64,000 nucleotides of DNA from Alphaproteobacteria bacterium (GCA_024236075.1 JACKLE010000008.1:26516-90515); one strand, 5' to 3'. Positions 1-8,811 are shown, counted from the first letter of the stretch. The notes: generated from the sequence alone by a model not told the origin. Made by a program: numbers and translations.

Positions 1-1351
1 CCACCGGCGGAATGACGCCGGGAATGGCGACGGAGGCGCGAAGTGCCTGCCAGATGAGACCGGCGCGATGGATGTATTCGCGCCCCGCCGTGAGGTTCGA
101 GGACACGCAGAAGAACGGCCGCCAGGTCTCCTCGATGCGCGCATCGCCGAAATTGTCCTGAAGGAGCTTCACGATCTTGCGCCCTTTAATGAAGGAAACG
201 AGGGGCACGGTGTAGTCGTCGATCGGGTTCGTCTCCACGAAGCTCGATCGCATGCGCGCGTTGAGTTCGTCGGGGCTCCAGTCCAGCGCGAGGCCGGCTC
301 CGATGATCGCGCCCATGCTGGTGCCGCCGACCAGGTCGAAGACGACGCCCTTTTCCATGAGCGCGGCGATGACGCCGAGATGGGCAAAGCCGCGCGCGCC
401 TCCGCCGGCGAGCACGAGGCCGACCGCCCGCCCGCTCACATGCCGCGCGAGCCGGGCGAGGTCGCCGGCATTGCCGGCCCGCAGATTGTGATGGAAGTGG
501 GGCTTAAGGCGCGCGACCCATGGCGCGGCTCCACTTCCGCGCTCGGCGTTCGCCGCGTGCACGAGCACGAGCTCTATGTAGCGCCGCGGCCCTCGCGAGA
601 GCATGTCCTCAATGGGCAGAAGGTCCTGAGGCGGATGATCGGGATAGCCGATCAGCATCACCCGGTCGGCCTGGCGCAGGCAGAGCCGCGTCCAGTGCTC
701 GTCGTCGAGGCTGCCGAGGTAGAGGACGTGGTCATTCTCCGCCTCGATGTTGTGGAACCATTCCGTGTCGGCTTCGCGATCCGCCTTGTCGAGAATGATG
801 ACGTGGCGGCCGCCGCGAGAGAGCGTCGTGGCGAGAGCTTCTGCGATCTCGCCGAGCGGCAGGTCGCGCTGGAGCCTCATCAGGGCGATCGTGCGCACGG
901 TGGCGCGGGTCCGGCGGGGGTCGCGCCGGCCATCCATCACCTCCTTCAGGCGGTCGGCGACGGCGCGCGCGAGGTTGCGCAACATGACGGGATAACGCTG
1001 CGACATGCGCTCGAAGACGGCGCGCGGCATGCGCAGGAGCTCCGAGTCGCGTAGCGCGATGAGCGTCGCGGTGCGCGGCTCGCCGGTGAGGACCGAGACC
1101 TCGCCCACCATGTCGCCCGGCCCGATCTGCCCCGCCAGATAGTCTCTGCCGGCGGCATCCGGGAGATAGAGCCCGAGCGAGCCCGCGGTCACGATGTAGA
1201 GCGAGTCGCCGACATCCCCGCGGCGCATCAAAGTCCAGCCGCCCGGCAGGCTGAACCAGTCGAGCTCCTTCATCATCTTCTGCACGTCGCGCGCCGACAT
1301 GCCGTTGAAGAGCGGCAGCTTGGGCACGAGGGCGCGCAGCCGCTCGGGCAT
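1..1351 (-). CDS. cyclic-nucleotide-binding domain / patatin-like phospholipase (partial, C-terminus beyond window start)
   Basis: Absent from the ORF track because it runs off the edge. Manual reverse translation from the ATG at 1351-1349 gives MPERLRALVPKLPLFNGMSARDVQ... (cNMP-binding fold). It continues with AVGLVLAGGGARGFAHLGV and GGTSMGAII (patatin GxGxxG and GxSxG motifs) and reads ASVAIPGVIPPV at the window edge. Confidence 0.85.
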   Translation of the reverse strand, partial: MPERLRALVPKLPLFNGMSARDVQKMMKELDWFSLPGGWTLMRRGDVGDSLYIVTAGSLGLYLPDAAGRDYLAGQIGPGDMVGEVSVLTGEPRTATLIALRDSELLRMPRAVFERMSQRYPVMLRNLARAVADRLKEVMDGRRDPRRTRATVRTIALMRLQRDLPLGEIAEALATTLSRGGRHVIILDKADREADTEWFHNIEAENDHVLYLGSLDDEHWTRLCLRQADRVMLIGYPDHPPQDLLPIEDMLSRGPRRYIELVLVHAANAERGSGAAPWVARLKPHFHHNLRAGNAGDLARLARHVSGRAVGLVLAGGGARGFAHLGVIAALMEKGVVFDLVGGTSMGAIIGAGLALDWSPDELNARMRSSFVETNPIDDYTVPLVSFIKGRKIVKLLQDNFGDARIEETWRPFFCVSSNLTAGREYIHRAGLIWQALRASVAIPGVIPPV

Positions 1352-1453
1352 GACAAGGCTCGAGGTGGACAACAGCAAGGAGCGGCTCCGTAAGCGGCGC
1401 GTGGGGCCGCGAAGTCTAGAGGATCGCTCGGCGAAGTCGACTGGGAGAACGGC

Positions 1454-2290
1454 CTACCAGGCCGTCCAGCCGCCGTCCACGGCGAGATTGACGCCGGTGA
1501 CGTAGCTCGAGGCCTCGCTGGCGAGAAAGAGCAGCGGTCCGGCGATCTCGCCCGCGCGGCCGACGCGGCCCATGGGCACCTTTTCCTCGAGGCGCTTCAG
1601 GAAGGCCGGATCGCGGGTCTGGATTTCCGCCTTCGGGAAGGGACCGGGGCTCACGGCGTTGACGCGAATGCCTTGCGGCGCCAGGTGGCAGGCGAGATAG
1701 CGCGTGAGCTGAAGAAGCGCCCCCTTCGCCGCGCCGTAGTGGGGCGGACTGTCGAGACCGGAATCGCCATAGAGCCGCGGGTCCGGGCTTACATGGCCGT
1801 ACATGCTCGAGATGAAGATGACGCTGGCCTGCCCGGTGGCGCGGGCGGCGCGCGCGAGAAGGGGCTCGGCCGCCTTCACAAGCTCGAAGGCGGCGGTCGG
1901 GCCCGACTGGAACGCGGTCTCGAAATCCTCTTCATGCGCGCCGCGCCAGGGCGTGGGACGGCCCGTATAGGCATTGTGCACGAGAATGTCGAGGCGCCGG
2001 CCAGCCGCCGCCTCCTCGGCGAAGAACATCCGCATCGCCGCATAGTCGCGTACGTCGAAGCATGCGAGCTCGCTCGCGTGGCCGGCGCTGCCAAGCTCCT
2101 CGGCGAAGCGCTGGAGCGGAGCGGCGCGCCGCCCGTGAAGGATGACGCGGGCTCCGGCCTCGACGAAGGCGCGCGCGGTGGCGCTGCCGAGATGCCCGGC
2201 CGCTCCGGTCACGAAGGCCGTGCGGCCCCTGAGCGAAAAGAGCGCCGCAGACGGACTGTCTTGGCCGGGAGGGGCGAAGGGATAGGTCAT
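1454..2290 (-). CDS. SDR family oxidoreductase
   Basis: 278-aa ORF with the TGAAGHLG Rossmann motif, YGAAK catalytic motif and NAVSPGP. It has an ATGA overlap with the upstream AKR gene. Confidence 0.9.
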   Translation of the reverse strand: MTYPFAPPGQDSPSAALFSLRGRTAFVTGAAGHLGSATARAFVEAGARVILHGRRAAPLQRFAEELGSAGHASELACFDVRDYAAMRMFFAEEAAAGRRLDILVHNAYTGRPTPWRGAHEEDFETAFQSGPTAAFELVKAAEPLLARAARATGQASVIFISSMYGHVSPDPRLYGDSGLDSPPHYGAAKGALLQLTRYLACHLAPQGIRVNAVSPGPFPKAEIQTRDPAFLKRLEEKVPMGRVGRAGEIAGPLLFLASEASSYVTGVNLAVDGGWTAW

Positions 2291-3243
2291 CTCGCCTCCC
2301 AGAGCGCGGGGTTGAGGACGGCTTCGCCCAGCCGCGGGCGCGTCGCATCGATCCTCGCGCAGTCGTCCTGCGACAGCGGCGGGCCTGCAAAGGCCGCGAG
2401 CGTGTCTTCGAGCTGATGAAGCGCCTCGGCGCCGACGACGAGCCCGTGGACCCAGGCCTGCGCCCGGCCATAGGCGAGCGCGAGGTCGGCGGGCGAGGCG
2501 CGGCCGGTGCGCGCGACCTCCGCTTTGAGAAAGGCGAGGGCGCGGGGCGCGTCCGGACCCATCACACGGGCGAAGAGCCCGGCATCGGCGTCGGCGATGA
2601 GGCCCTGGAGATAGAGGCTGCGGACGTGCACCGTCACCTCCGGCCGCCGCGCCAGCGCTTCGGGAATCCGAGCCTCCTGCCAGCGCCAGTCGAAGAGGTT
2701 GAACGGGATCTGGATATGGCCGAGCTCGGGCTCCGCGAGGGCGCGGACGGCCTCCTGCGGCGTCTGGACCGAGACGCCGATGCGCGCCGCCCGCCCGGTG
2801 CTCTTCAGCGCCTTCATGGCCATCCAGACGGCGCCGTCATGGGAGTCGAGATGGGCGGCGCGGTGGAGGAGGAGGCAGTCCAGCCTCTCGACGCCGAGCG
2901 CTCCGCAAGAGGCCTCCACGCTCGCCTCGACCGCCGCTCCGATCGCCGCCGGCGAGGCGTCCCCGGCAAGATCGGCGAGAGGCGAGAGCTTCGTCACGAC
3001 AATGCGCGAGCGGCCGCGATCCTGCGGGCACGCGGCGAGCGCGCGGCCGAGCCGGCCTTCCGCGGCCCCGTAGGCGCGCGCCGTGTCAAAGACGCGCACG
3101 CCGCCCGCGAGGGCGCGCCGAATGAGGGCCTCGGCCAGATCCTCGTCGGGCAGTCCGGAGCGGTTCGCGATGCCGTAGGCAAGACCGAGCTGGACCGTGC
3201 CGAGAACGAGGTCGGGAGAGGTGCGGAGTGGGCGCTCGCTCAT
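2287..3243 (-). CDS. aldo/keto reductase
   Basis: 318-aa ORF. The N-terminus LGTVQLGLAYG...GVRVFDTARAYG is typical of the AKR family. Confidence 0.9.
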   Translation of the reverse strand: MSERPLRTSPDLVLGTVQLGLAYGIANRSGLPDEDLAEALIRRALAGGVRVFDTARAYGAAEGRLGRALAACPQDRGRSRIVVTKLSPLADLAGDASPAAIGAAVEASVEASCGALGVERLDCLLLHRAAHLDSHDGAVWMAMKALKSTGRAARIGVSVQTPQEAVRALAEPELGHIQIPFNLFDWRWQEARIPEALARRPEVTVHVRSLYLQGLIADADAGLFARVMGPDAPRALAFLKAEVARTGRASPADLALAYGRAQAWVHGLVVGAEALHQLEDTLAAFAGPPLSQDDCARIDATRPRLGEAVLNPALWEAR

Positions 3244-3282
3244 GGCCGGCGAGCATGGGCGATCAAGGTAAAGAAACTGGCC

Positions 3283-3756
3283 TCAGGCCCCGAGAACCTT
3301 CCAGAGCGAGGTCGCATGGAGCACGGGCTCGCCCCCGACCTCGAAGGTCGCGCGCACGAAGAGGATCGAGCGCGTGCGCCGCGTGAGGATCGGCGCCGTC
3401 TCGACGAGGTCGCCGAGGCGCGCGGGCTTGAGGAAGTCGATCTGCATCGACACGGTGACGCTCGGCACGCGGCTCGTGAGGCGCCAGATCGCCGTTCCCA
3501 GCGCGGCATCGGCGAAGGTCATGAGCATGCCGCCATGGACGCTGCCGGCGCCGTTGAGGTGGCGCTCGTCTACGCGAAACGCGACCATGAGCTCGGGGCC
3601 CGACGGCCCGTCGCGCATGCGCTCGAAGAAGGGCCCCACATAGGCCTCGAAGGGATCGACGAGCGGCATGAGCCCATAGCCGTCCGGCACGGGGATATCC
3701 TCGCGGGCAGGCCGGAGCGAGCTGGGTCGAATCTCCGGGCCGGAGCTTTCGGTCAT
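3283..3756 (-). CDS. PaaI-family hotdog-fold thioesterase
   Basis: HLNGAGSVHGGMLMTFADAALG motif. I prefer the ATG at 3756 (GAGGAA 6 nt upstream) over the GTG at 3798 used in the ORF track. Confidence 0.8.
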   Translation of the reverse strand: MTESSGPEIRPSSLRPAREDIPVPDGYGLMPLVDPFEAYVGPFFERMRDGPSGPELMVAFRVDERHLNGAGSVHGGMLMTFADAALGTAIWRLTSRVPSVTVSMQIDFLKPARLGDLVETAPILTRRTRSILFVRATFEVGGEPVLHATSLWKVLGA

Positions 3757-3985
3757 GGTCCGTTCCTCGCTCGGGGACAACTTGCCCCCGCGTCTCACAC
3801 TTGTTGCACCGATGGGGTATACTCGACGCGCCGAGCGCCCAACAACCGCGGAAACCGCCGCCCTAGGCGGGACGAAGGGGGCCGACGGTCCCTTGCGCGG
3901 CCTCGAGAACCGCGCGTTGGGGTGAGGGTCGGGCCTCTCGATTTGGGGCCGTAGGGTCGGGGACAGGGGATCAAGGGAGTTTACG

Positions 3986-4867
3986 ATGGCTCAGTTCGAG
4001 GAGGTGCGCCCTTACGGGGGCGCGGGGCAGACCGTCTCGCTCTCGCTTGCCGGCGCCATCGGGGTGGCAGCGGCGATCGTCGCGGATTTCGTTCAGAAGG
4101 GCGACGCATCGGCCGTCAACCAGGTGCAGACCTATCTCTGGAACTATTTCGGCCTTGAAATTCCCCATCTTGCGATCGCGGGCCTGCTGATCCTCGCCGG
4201 TTCGGCCGCCGTCTTCGTGAACGAGCCGACCACGAAGCGCGCCGCCTTCACCACGGGGGCGAGCGTGCTCGCCATCCTCATGACCCTCATGCCCGTCTCC
4301 GAGCGCCCGACGCTCGCGTCCGATCCGACCGTCGTGGGAATTCCGGCCTCCACCTCGCAGCCGGAAGCAACGCCCGCGCCGGAATCTCACGGCGCCGTCA
4401 ACTCGCTGCGAGGCGACGTGCAGCCCACGAGCTTCGAGATGCGCAGTCCGAGCGTCGAGACGCGCCCTCTCGTGCGGGTCCAGACCGCGACGGTCCCCTG
4501 CGAAATCGTGATCACCCTTCCGGGCGCGCAGCTCACGGCCATCAACACCTCCGAAATCAGCGTCGTGCTGCACGACGACATCTCGCGCGCGACCTTCCGT
4601 CTGGCCTCGCCCGTGCGCGCCACCGGGACGTCGAACGAGGTCACCCTGGTCTATGCGGCGCGCATGCCGGTCGGCGGCTCCAAGCGCACGGCGACGGGCG
4701 TTCTCGTGGCCGATCTCCAGGTTCGCGTCGAGGCTCCAAACTACAAGATCGCATTCGCCTCGGCGCAGGTGAGCGACCTCACGGTCACGACCCGCATGGA
4801 GCTCACGCTGGTGCCGTCGTCGACGCCTCTCCAGCTCCAGCGCCTCTACACGCCGAGAAAGTTCTGA
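3986..4867 (+). CDS. hypothetical membrane protein (about 3 N-terminal TM helices plus a Thr/Val-rich beta-type C-terminal domain)
   Basis: 293-aa ORF with AAGGGAG 6 nt upstream of the ATG and GC3-rich codon usage. Hydrophobic segments include AGAIGVAAAIVADFV, LAIAGLLILAGSAAVFV and GASVLAILMTLM. I do not recognise the family. The antisense ORF 3971-4879 is Arg/Gly-rich noise. Confidence 0.6.
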   Translation: MAQFEEVRPYGGAGQTVSLSLAGAIGVAAAIVADFVQKGDASAVNQVQTYLWNYFGLEIPHLAIAGLLILAGSAAVFVNEPTTKRAAFTTGASVLAILMTLMPVSERPTLASDPTVVGIPASTSQPEATPAPESHGAVNSLRGDVQPTSFEMRSPSVETRPLVRVQTATVPCEIVITLPGAQLTAINTSEISVVLHDDISRATFRLASPVRATGTSNEVTLVYAARMPVGGSKRTATGVLVADLQVRVEAPNYKIAFASAQVSDLTVTTRMELTLVPSSTPLQLQRLYTPRKF

Positions 4868-4880
4868 GCCTTGCGGCATC

Positions 4881-4900
4881 GCGGCGGCGGCCGCCGCCGC
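4881..4900. terminator. perfect 20-nt GC palindrome between convergent genes (possible bidirectional terminator hairpin)
   Basis: GCGGCGGCGGCCGCCGCCGC is its own reverse complement. It lies between the stop at 4867 (+) and the stop at 4939 (-). There is no U-tract. Confidence 0.3.
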
Positions 4901-4938
4901 CGCGAACGCAGCTCTTCACGCGGAGCGCGGCGCGGTCG

Positions 4939-5841
4939 CTAAAGCTGGAACTTGGCGAGTGCCGCTTCGGCAATCGGCTGTCCGTGCTCCTGGACGAAAT
5001 GTCCGCCCTCGGCGATCTCCAGGACGTCGCCCGCGCCGCGAATGCGGCCGGCCAGGCGCTTCATGTCGGCGACGCCGAATACGGGGTCCTTAGCGCCCAC
5101 CGCGACCAGGCTCGCGCCGCGCCAGTCCTGCGAGAGGAAGTCCCGCGCCGCCTTGGTCTCCTTGATGCCTTCCATGCCGGGATCGGTCATGACGAGCTCG
5201 GGGAATCGGCGCAGCCCGGCCCGGGCGCGCTCGGTGGGAAAGGGTGCGTCGTAGGCTGCGGCTTCCTCCTCGCTGATGCCGGCGACCGAGCGCTTGATGA
5301 GGTCGGAGACCTTGAAGTCGGGCTTGCGGGCGACATAGGACCGCCAGCCCGCGAAGCCCTCGCCGAGGCTTTCGCCCACGGGGAGCGAGGTGTTCATGAC
5401 GATGAGGCGCGTGATGGTCTCGGGAAACTCCACGGGCAGGGTGAGGCCGAGAATGCCGCCCCAATCCTGCACGACCAGGCAGACATTGCGCAGGTTCAGA
5501 CGCCGCAGAAGCTCGACGAGCGAGCGGCGGTGAAAGCCGAAGGTGAAGGTCGCCTCCTCGACGGGCTTGTCGGACCGCCCGAAACCGAAGAAGTCCGGCG
5601 CGATGACGCGATAGCCGGCGCCCGTGAACACGGGGATCATCTTGCGATAGAGATAGGCCCAGGTCGGCTCGCCATGGAGGCAGAGGAACGTGACCTTCGC
5701 ATCTTCGCGGCCGGCATCCACAAGGTGCATCCTGAGGCCGGGAAAGCCCGGCAGCTCGTCGATGTAGCGGGGCTCGAAATCGTAGCCGGGCAGCTTCTCG
5801 AAGCTCGCATCCGGCGTTCTGACGGCACGAATCTCTTCCAC
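4939..5841 (-). CDS. haloalkane dehalogenase (HLD-I, DhlA-like alpha/beta hydrolase)
   Basis: 300 aa. IRAVRTPDASFEKLPGYDFEPRYIDELPGFPGLRMHLVDAG, FLCLHGEPTWAYLYRKMIPVF, VIAPDFFGFGRSDKP and LVVQDWGG (nucleophile Asp-Trp) match my memory of Xanthobacter DhlA closely. GGHFVQEHG sits near the C-terminus. Confidence 0.85.
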   Translation of the reverse strand: MEEIRAVRTPDASFEKLPGYDFEPRYIDELPGFPGLRMHLVDAGREDAKVTFLCLHGEPTWAYLYRKMIPVFTGAGYRVIAPDFFGFGRSDKPVEEATFTFGFHRRSLVELLRRLNLRNVCLVVQDWGGILGLTLPVEFPETITRLIVMNTSLPVGESLGEGFAGWRSYVARKPDFKVSDLIKRSVAGISEEEAAAYDAPFPTERARAGLRRFPELVMTDPGMEGIKETKAARDFLSQDWRGASLVAVGAKDPVFGVADMKRLAGRIRGAGDVLEIAEGGHFVQEHGQPIAEAALAKFQL

Positions 5842-5891
5842 GGGGAAAGCCTCCCTCGGCGTATCGGGGCCATTTGGGCGAGGCTAGCAAA

Positions 5892-6311
5892 ATGCGGCAG
5901 GCGGTACATCACCTCGAGATCGACACGCGGGGCCCGGGCCTCACCGAGATCACGGAGGAGGCGCGCGCCTTCCTCGGGCGGACCGGCTTAGAGACCGGCC
6001 TGCTCACGCTCTATGTGCCCCATACCTCGGCCTCGCTTCTCATCCAGGAGAATGCCGATCCCGACGTCCTCGGCGACCTTCTCGCATTCTATGCGAGGCT
6101 CGCGCCGTGGAGCGCGCGAGACTATGCGCACGACACGGAAGGCCCTGACGATATGCCGGCCCATATTCGCGCGAGCCTGACGCAGACCTCGCTCGGCGTT
6201 CCGGTCCTCGGGGGCGCGCTCGCGCTCGGCCGCTGGCAGGGGATCTATCTTTTCGAGCACCGAGCCGCGCCGCATCGGCGGACCGTCCTGCTCCACGCGA
6301 TCGGCCAATGA
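5892..6311 (+). CDS. YjbQ/UPF0047 family protein (secondary thiamine-phosphate synthase-like)
   Basis: LTLYVPHTSASLLIQENADPDV, DDMPAHIRASLTQTSLGVPV and GRWQGIYLFEH motifs. The ATG at 5892 is preferred over the TTG at 5874. Confidence 0.85.
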   Translation: MRQAVHHLEIDTRGPGLTEITEEARAFLGRTGLETGLLTLYVPHTSASLLIQENADPDVLGDLLAFYARLAPWSARDYAHDTEGPDDMPAHIRASLTQTSLGVPVLGGALALGRWQGIYLFEHRAAPHRRTVLLHAIGQ

Positions 6312-6315
6312 GCGC

Positions 6316-7980
6316 TCAGAACGTCGTGCCGAGAGAGAGGAGCGCGCGGTGCTGGCTGGCGCCGAGGTTGGACGCGCTCGCCTGCTCGCGCCAGCGATAG
6401 CCGAGGCCGACGCGCAGCGCGTCGAGCTCCTCGGGCCGCGGCAGCCAGAAGACGCCGAGATCGAGCTCGCCGAGATTGTCCGGGCCGACGCTCGCCTGCT
6501 CCCCGGTGAAATAATAGCTCGCGCGCGCCTGCGCCTCGAGAAAGCGAACAGGCCGTCCGTAAGCGGATAGAACGGGCCCGTGCCGGAAGGCCGCGATGCG
6601 GTCGTCGTCCGAATCGCGCGCTTCGGCAAAATATTGTGCCGCCACGGCGAGGCGCTCGTTGGGATGCGCCTCGAGGCCGGGCAGGACGGCGAGGAGCTTG
6701 GCGTCGCGCCCGTCGAAGTCCGAATAGTCCTCATAGCCCGTGACGATGGCGAGATCGGCGTCGAGCCAGGGCGTGAGGCTCGTCCCCGCATCTGCGCTGG
6801 CGCCGTAGCGCGTGCGATAGCCGTCCCCGTCGAGGCGCTGATGATAGACATGGGGCATCAGGCGCAACGTGTAGTCTCCCGGCGCATAGGCAAGCCCCGC
6901 GGCGAGGCCGAAGGTCATGCTGTCGAAGTCGCCGTCGAAATATTCCGTACCCGCAACGCCGAGCCGGGCGATGGCCGCCAAGGAAGGTCCGAGCGCGAGA
7001 TGCATGTCGGTGTCGAGCGCGACCTCGACCCCCGCGCTCGATGTCGGCTCGCCGGCGACATCCAGAAGCGGGCCGGCATCGAAGGCGGCGGTTTCGGGAT
7101 CGGACGGACCGAGCTCGATCGCGCTTTCGTAGATCGCGGTGACGCGGCCCTCCACCGACCATAGCGCCGCATCGGCCCCGCCGCGCACGGCAAGGCTCGA
7201 AGGGCGGGCGAGCGCTCCGAGGGCAGGCGAGGGCGCAGATGGGGCCTCGGTCGTCTTGTCCATGGCGTCGGGGACCGGCGCGCTAGCTCCCGGCTCGGGC
7301 AGCGCCTCGAGCTCGAGCTCGACGCGTTCCAGGCCCGGGTCGAAGGCGAGCATGCGCTGGTAGAGTGCGCGCGCCTCCTCGATCTCGCCGAGCTCCGTGC
7401 GGCATTGGGCCTCGAGGAACATCGCCTCCAGGTCCCAGGTTCCGTCCGGAAAGCGCTCTTCCGCGAGCGCGCAGGCCCGGCGCGGATCCCCGGCCGCGAG
7501 CGCCTGCGAAATCTCCATGCGCGCCGCATCGAGCGCATCGTCCGTGCCCGCCGCGGCGGCTTCCGCCTTCGGCGGCGCGGGCTCCTCGGCAGGAAAGACA
7601 TCGACGACGAGGCGGTGGCCTCCGTCCGAATCCGGCGTCAGGACGAAGCTCTTGAAGCGGGCTGGCGCGCGCGTCTCGATCACGAGGCGGGCCGCGCTAT
7701 CTACCGGGTCGATGTGTACGGATGAAATCGCACTCGCCCAGGCGGGCGGCGCGTATTGCGCGCCTGTCGCCCCAAGGGCCGGCAGGAGCGCCTCGAAATG
7801 CGTAGGCGAAGTCTGCGTCGTCATTGGGCCGGGCGCATCGGACAAGTCGGCGACAAGGCGCAGGAACGTCGCGTGGCTCCCAAACCGCAAGCCTGAAACC
7901 TCGCCGGCGACTGCGCGTGGCGCGAAAGCGAGAAGAAGCGTGATGAAGGCCGCCGATAGGGCGCCGCCGATGCGTACCAT
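6316..7980 (-). CDS. outer-membrane protein: signal peptide, AMIN-like domain, TPR-like segment, C-terminal beta-barrel
   Basis: Signal peptide MVRIGGALSAAFITLLLAFAPRAVAG. An AMIN-like region reads LRFGSHATFLRLVADLS...ARLVIETRAP..FKSFVL..HRLVVDVF. A helical repeat reads EARALYQRMLAFDP. The C-terminal half has alternating Gly/aromatic beta-strand-like sequence and ends ...HRALLSLGTTF, with the terminal Phe typical of OMPs. Confidence 0.7.
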   Translation of the reverse strand: MVRIGGALSAAFITLLLAFAPRAVAGEVSGLRFGSHATFLRLVADLSDAPGPMTTQTSPTHFEALLPALGATGAQYAPPAWASAISSVHIDPVDSAARLVIETRAPARFKSFVLTPDSDGGHRLVVDVFPAEEPAPPKAEAAAAGTDDALDAARMEISQALAAGDPRRACALAEERFPDGTWDLEAMFLEAQCRTELGEIEEARALYQRMLAFDPGLERVELELEALPEPGASAPVPDAMDKTTEAPSAPSPALGALARPSSLAVRGGADAALWSVEGRVTAIYESAIELGPSDPETAAFDAGPLLDVAGEPTSSAGVEVALDTDMHLALGPSLAAIARLGVAGTEYFDGDFDSMTFGLAAGLAYAPGDYTLRLMPHVYHQRLDGDGYRTRYGASADAGTSLTPWLDADLAIVTGYEDYSDFDGRDAKLLAVLPGLEAHPNERLAVAAQYFAEARDSDDDRIAAFRHGPVLSAYGRPVRFLEAQARASYYFTGEQASVGPDNLGELDLGVFWLPRPEELDALRVGLGYRWREQASASNLGASQHRALLSLGTTF

Positions 7981-8069
7981 GAGCTTCGTCCCCCCGGAAC
8001 GACCACAGGGGACAATGGAGCGCTGGCCATGGTTAAGCCTTGCTTAAGCCGGGCCCGTCCGTACACGTC

Positions 8070-8112
8070 GGCAGAAACGGCGCGGGCCGCGCGGAGCGTT
8101 TCCGCGCGGCCC
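8070..8112 (-). terminator. intrinsic terminator downstream of the 36-codon ORF
   Basis: 12-bp GC stem GGGCCGCGCGGA (8084-8095) / TCCGCGCGGCCC (8101-8112) with a 5-nt loop. On the minus strand it is followed by GCGCCGTTTCTG. Confidence 0.5.
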
Positions 8113-8149
8113 ACACAGTCGGCGTTGAGCCGCCAGCCTGGACGCGTGC

Positions 8150-8260
8150 CTACTTCGCGAGGCCGCGCCAAGGCTTGAAGAGCCGGCTCTCGGTCTTGGT
8201 CCGCTCGCGCTTTCCGCTCTTCGTAAACGCACTCCAGAACAGGACGAGAAAGTTCCCCAT
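8150..8260 (-). CDS. small hydrophobic/basic protein, 36 aa (MGNFLVLFWSAFTKSGKRERTKTESRLFKPWRGLAK)
   Basis: The ATG at 8260 is preceded by AAGGAGG with a 5-nt spacer. It has its own AT-rich upstream region and a downstream hairpin terminator. It lies in frame inside track ORF 8150-8362. Confidence 0.5.
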   Translation of the reverse strand: MGNFLVLFWSAFTKSGKRERTKTESRLFKPWRGLAK

Positions 8261-8308
8261 CGCAGCCTCCTTGGGCCAGTGAGGCGCACCTCGTGCGCTC
8301 GGATCACC

Positions 8309-8337
8309 AATATGTGAGCATGCAACCTTCGGTTCAA
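8309..8337 (-). promoter_or_regulatory. candidate sigma70-type promoter for the 36-codon ORF
   Basis: On the minus strand: TTGAAC, 17 nt, CATATT, located about 45-75 nt upstream of the ATG at 8260. Identified by sequence pattern only. Confidence 0.25.
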
Positions 8338-8355
8338 GCAAAATCCGCAACAAAA

Positions 8356-8380
8356 ATGTCATTTTGTCACGAATTTGTCA
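8356..8380 (-). promoter_or_regulatory. three direct TGACA(A/T) repeats in an AT-rich patch (candidate regulator binding sites)
   Basis: The minus strand reads ATGACAAATTCGTGACAAAATGACATTTTTG. It also contains ACAAAA-N6-TTTTGT dyad symmetry. Confidence 0.3.
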
Positions 8381-8437
8381 TGTAGCTCCGCGCAAGGCAC
8401 CCGGGGCGGAATTAAAATCCTTTATTTATAATAGGTT

Positions 8438-8468
8438 ACAAAAAGCCGGCCGGCTCGGGGGCCCGAGC
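8438..8468 (-). terminator. intrinsic terminator downstream of the 84-aa ORF
   Basis: The minus strand reads GCTCGGGCCCCCGAGCCGGCCGGCTTTTTGT: GC hairpins followed by a T5 tract. Confidence 0.5.
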
Positions 8469-8556
8469 AGAATCGACGAGCCGCGCGCCGAACGGAGGCG
8501 CTCGTCCTAAGAGTGGCAAGCGAAGGGGAAGTAGAGACCGACCTCGGCGGAGCGCG

Positions 8557-8811
8557 TCAGGGCGCCTCTTGCGGCGCGACGATGCGCGCCGGCAGCACCA
8601 CGGGCTGGTCGCTCACGGTCGTGCGCGTGCGGTCTGGCCTTGCCCCGCCCAGGGACGGGAGGGAGACGGGCGAGCTGGCGCTTTTCGTCGGGGCCGGCCG
8701 CAACACGGCTTCCGTGTAGGCCATGGCGGCCCCGACAAGGCCGAGGCCGAGAATGGCGACGCCCAGCAGAGAACCGACGGAAAAGAGTCCGGTCGAATCC
8801 GGTAACCGCAT
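8557..8811 (-). CDS. hypothetical single-pass membrane protein, 84 aa
   Basis: The ATG at 8811 has GGGAGGG about 7 nt upstream. It has one TM helix (LFSVGSLLGVAILGLGLVGAAMAY), a Pro/Ser/Thr-rich tail and GC3-rich codons. A terminator lies downstream. Confidence 0.5.
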   Translation of the reverse strand: MRLPDSTGLFSVGSLLGVAILGLGLVGAAMAYTEAVLRPAPTKSASSPVSLPSLGGARPDRTRTTVSDQPVVLPARIVAPQEAP

